NCBI GenBank assembly: GCA_041640455.1
Contig: JBEQAF010000039.1
Coordinates: forward strand, 1-18,337
DNA: 18,337 nt
Reading direction: 5' to 3'
Source of the DNA: a bacterium
GTDB taxonomy: Bacteria > CALINM01
Under the pieces are notes generated by a model. That model had not been told where the DNA came from. It made no database searches and saw only the letters and a program-made list of their open reading frames with translations. Shown here one piece after another: positions 17,272-18,337 of this stretch. Numbering within the stretch: position 1 is the stretch's first letter; the number at the start of each line of letters is the position of its first letter. The translations under genes were made by a program, and so were the position numbers.

Positions 17272-17979
17272 ATGAAGACAGAAATATCTATTGTAATTCC
17301 AGCCTATAATGAAGAGCCTATTATAGAAAATACCGTAAGGGCTGTTACAGACTATTTTAGAGAAAAAGAGCTAAATTTTGAAATTATTGTGGTAGACGAT
17401 GGCTCTAAGGATAATACCTGGTTAAAGCTTGAAAAATTAAAAATTGAAATACCAGCTTTAAAAATAATCAGACATGAAACCAATTTGGGGAAAGGTAGAT
17501 CGGTAAAGGATGGCATTCTTTCAGCAGAAGGTGAGCTTATTCTTTTTACCGATGCCGATCTTTCTGCCCCTTTAACCAATCTGAATAGGATGGAAGAGGA
17601 GATTAAAAAAGGTTATTCAATCGTGGTGGGATCAAGATATGTAAAAGGTGCTGTGATTAAAAAAAGACCTTTAATACGTCAGATTCTTGGAAAAGGTTTT
17701 AATATTCTCTTAAAGCTTCTAAGGCTAACTGACATAAAGGATACCCAGTGTGGATTTAAACTTTTTAAAAAAGAGGCTGCAAAGGATATTTTTTCGGAAG
17801 CAAAGATTTACGGATATGCCTTTGATGTGGAGATTTTATATCTTGCTAAGCTTAAGGGGTATGAAATAGCGGAATGCCCCATACTCTGGATTGATAGGTC
17901 GGATTCAAAAATGAAGCTAATAAGGGATGCCATACGGATGTTTAAAGAAGTGGTAATGATAAAACATTATTATGGTTAA
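17272..17979 (+). CDS. GT2 polyprenol/dolichyl-phosphate glycosyltransferase (DPM1/ALG5-like)
   Basis: ISIVIPAYNEE, EIIVVDDGSKDNT, NLGKGRSV, FTDADLS (DxD), VVGSR, DTQCGFKLF and YAFDVEIL. DTQCGFKLF is typical of Dol-P-Glc synthase-like enzymes. Confidence 0.88.
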   Translation: MKTEISIVIPAYNEEPIIENTVRAVTDYFREKELNFEIIVVDDGSKDNTWLKLEKLKIEIPALKIIRHETNLGKGRSVKDGILSAEGELILFTDADLSAPLTNLNRMEEEIKKGYSIVVGSRYVKGAVIKKRPLIRQILGKGFNILLKLLRLTDIKDTQCGFKLFKKEAAKDIFSEAKIYGYAFDVEILYLAKLKGYEIAECPILWIDRSDSKMKLIRDAIRMFKEVVMIKHYYG

Positions 17980-18337
17980 AAATTTTTTTGCTAAAAGAGA
18001 TAAGCTTCTTTTTCTCATTCTTTTGGTTAATATTATCATCTACTTTAATACCCTATTTTTTGATTTTATCTGGGATGATTTCAGACAGATACTTTTTAAT
18101 GATCGTTTAATCTCTCAGATTAAAGATCTGAGCTTTCTTTATACACGGGTAGGTGAGAATGTATCCTATTACAGACCTGTCTTTTATCTATCCCTTGCTT
18201 TTGAAGCATTAGTTTTTAATGGAGCCATCTGGGGCTATCATCTGGGGAATATTATCTATCAGATTTTAACGGTATATTTTATTTATAAACTTTTACTTCT
18301 TTTAGGGCTTGATCCCCTGAAGGCATTTGTATCAGTT
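17972..18337 (+). CDS. TMTC-like GT-C membrane protein, paralog 3 (N-terminal 122 aa, runs off the window, not in the ORF track)
   Basis: Open frame translated by hand as MVKNFFAKRDKLLFLILLVNIIIYFNTLFFDFIWDDFRQILFNDRL...SYYRPVFYLSLAFEALVFNGAIWGYHLGNIIYQIL... It has the same WDD, YYRP and H..N motifs as paralogs 1 and 2 and overlaps the GT2 gene end by 8 nt. Confidence 0.85.
   Translation, partial: MVKNFFAKRDKLLFLILLVNIIIYFNTLFFDFIWDDFRQILFNDRLISQIKDLSFLYTRVGENVSYYRPVFYLSLAFEALVFNGAIWGYHLGNIIYQILTVYFIYKLLLLLGLDPLKAFVSV

Noticed and set aside
15722..17579. ORFs 15722-15943 (+), 16555-16770 (-) and 17352-17579 (-)
   Set aside because: They are fully nested in alternative frames of strong genes, with no independent evidence.

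Overview
AT-rich, gene-dense bacterial chromosomal segment from a probable diderm (lipoprotein and Sec signals, an OmpA-family protein). The host taxon cannot be fixed from the sequence. There are three blocks. (1) 33-4549: a four-gene envelope operon encoding a TPR + SLH lipoprotein, an LPP20/FlgP-like secreted protein with a Gln/Pro/Tyr-rich repeat, a long coiled-coil lipoprotein with a C-terminal OmpA/MotB domain and a FlgT_N-like protein, closed by a clear intrinsic terminator. (2) 4701-9535: housekeeping genes galU, hsp20, lon and a class I/II PLP aminotransferase. (3) 9526-18337: a putative surface/protein glycosylation and tailoring locus. It holds a B12-binding radical SAM gene divergent from a NodU/CmcH O-carbamoyltransferase, a 50-aa DUF5989/SxtK-like gene absent from the ORF track and a SxtJ-like gene. 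A 507-bp non-coding spacer with candidate structure and motifs follows, then at least three TMTC-like GT-C membrane proteins (the third truncated by the window and absent from the ORF track) around a polyprenol-phosphate glycosyltransferase (GT2). I saw no rRNA, tRNA, CRISPR array or mobile element. All family calls are by motif recognition, not database searches.
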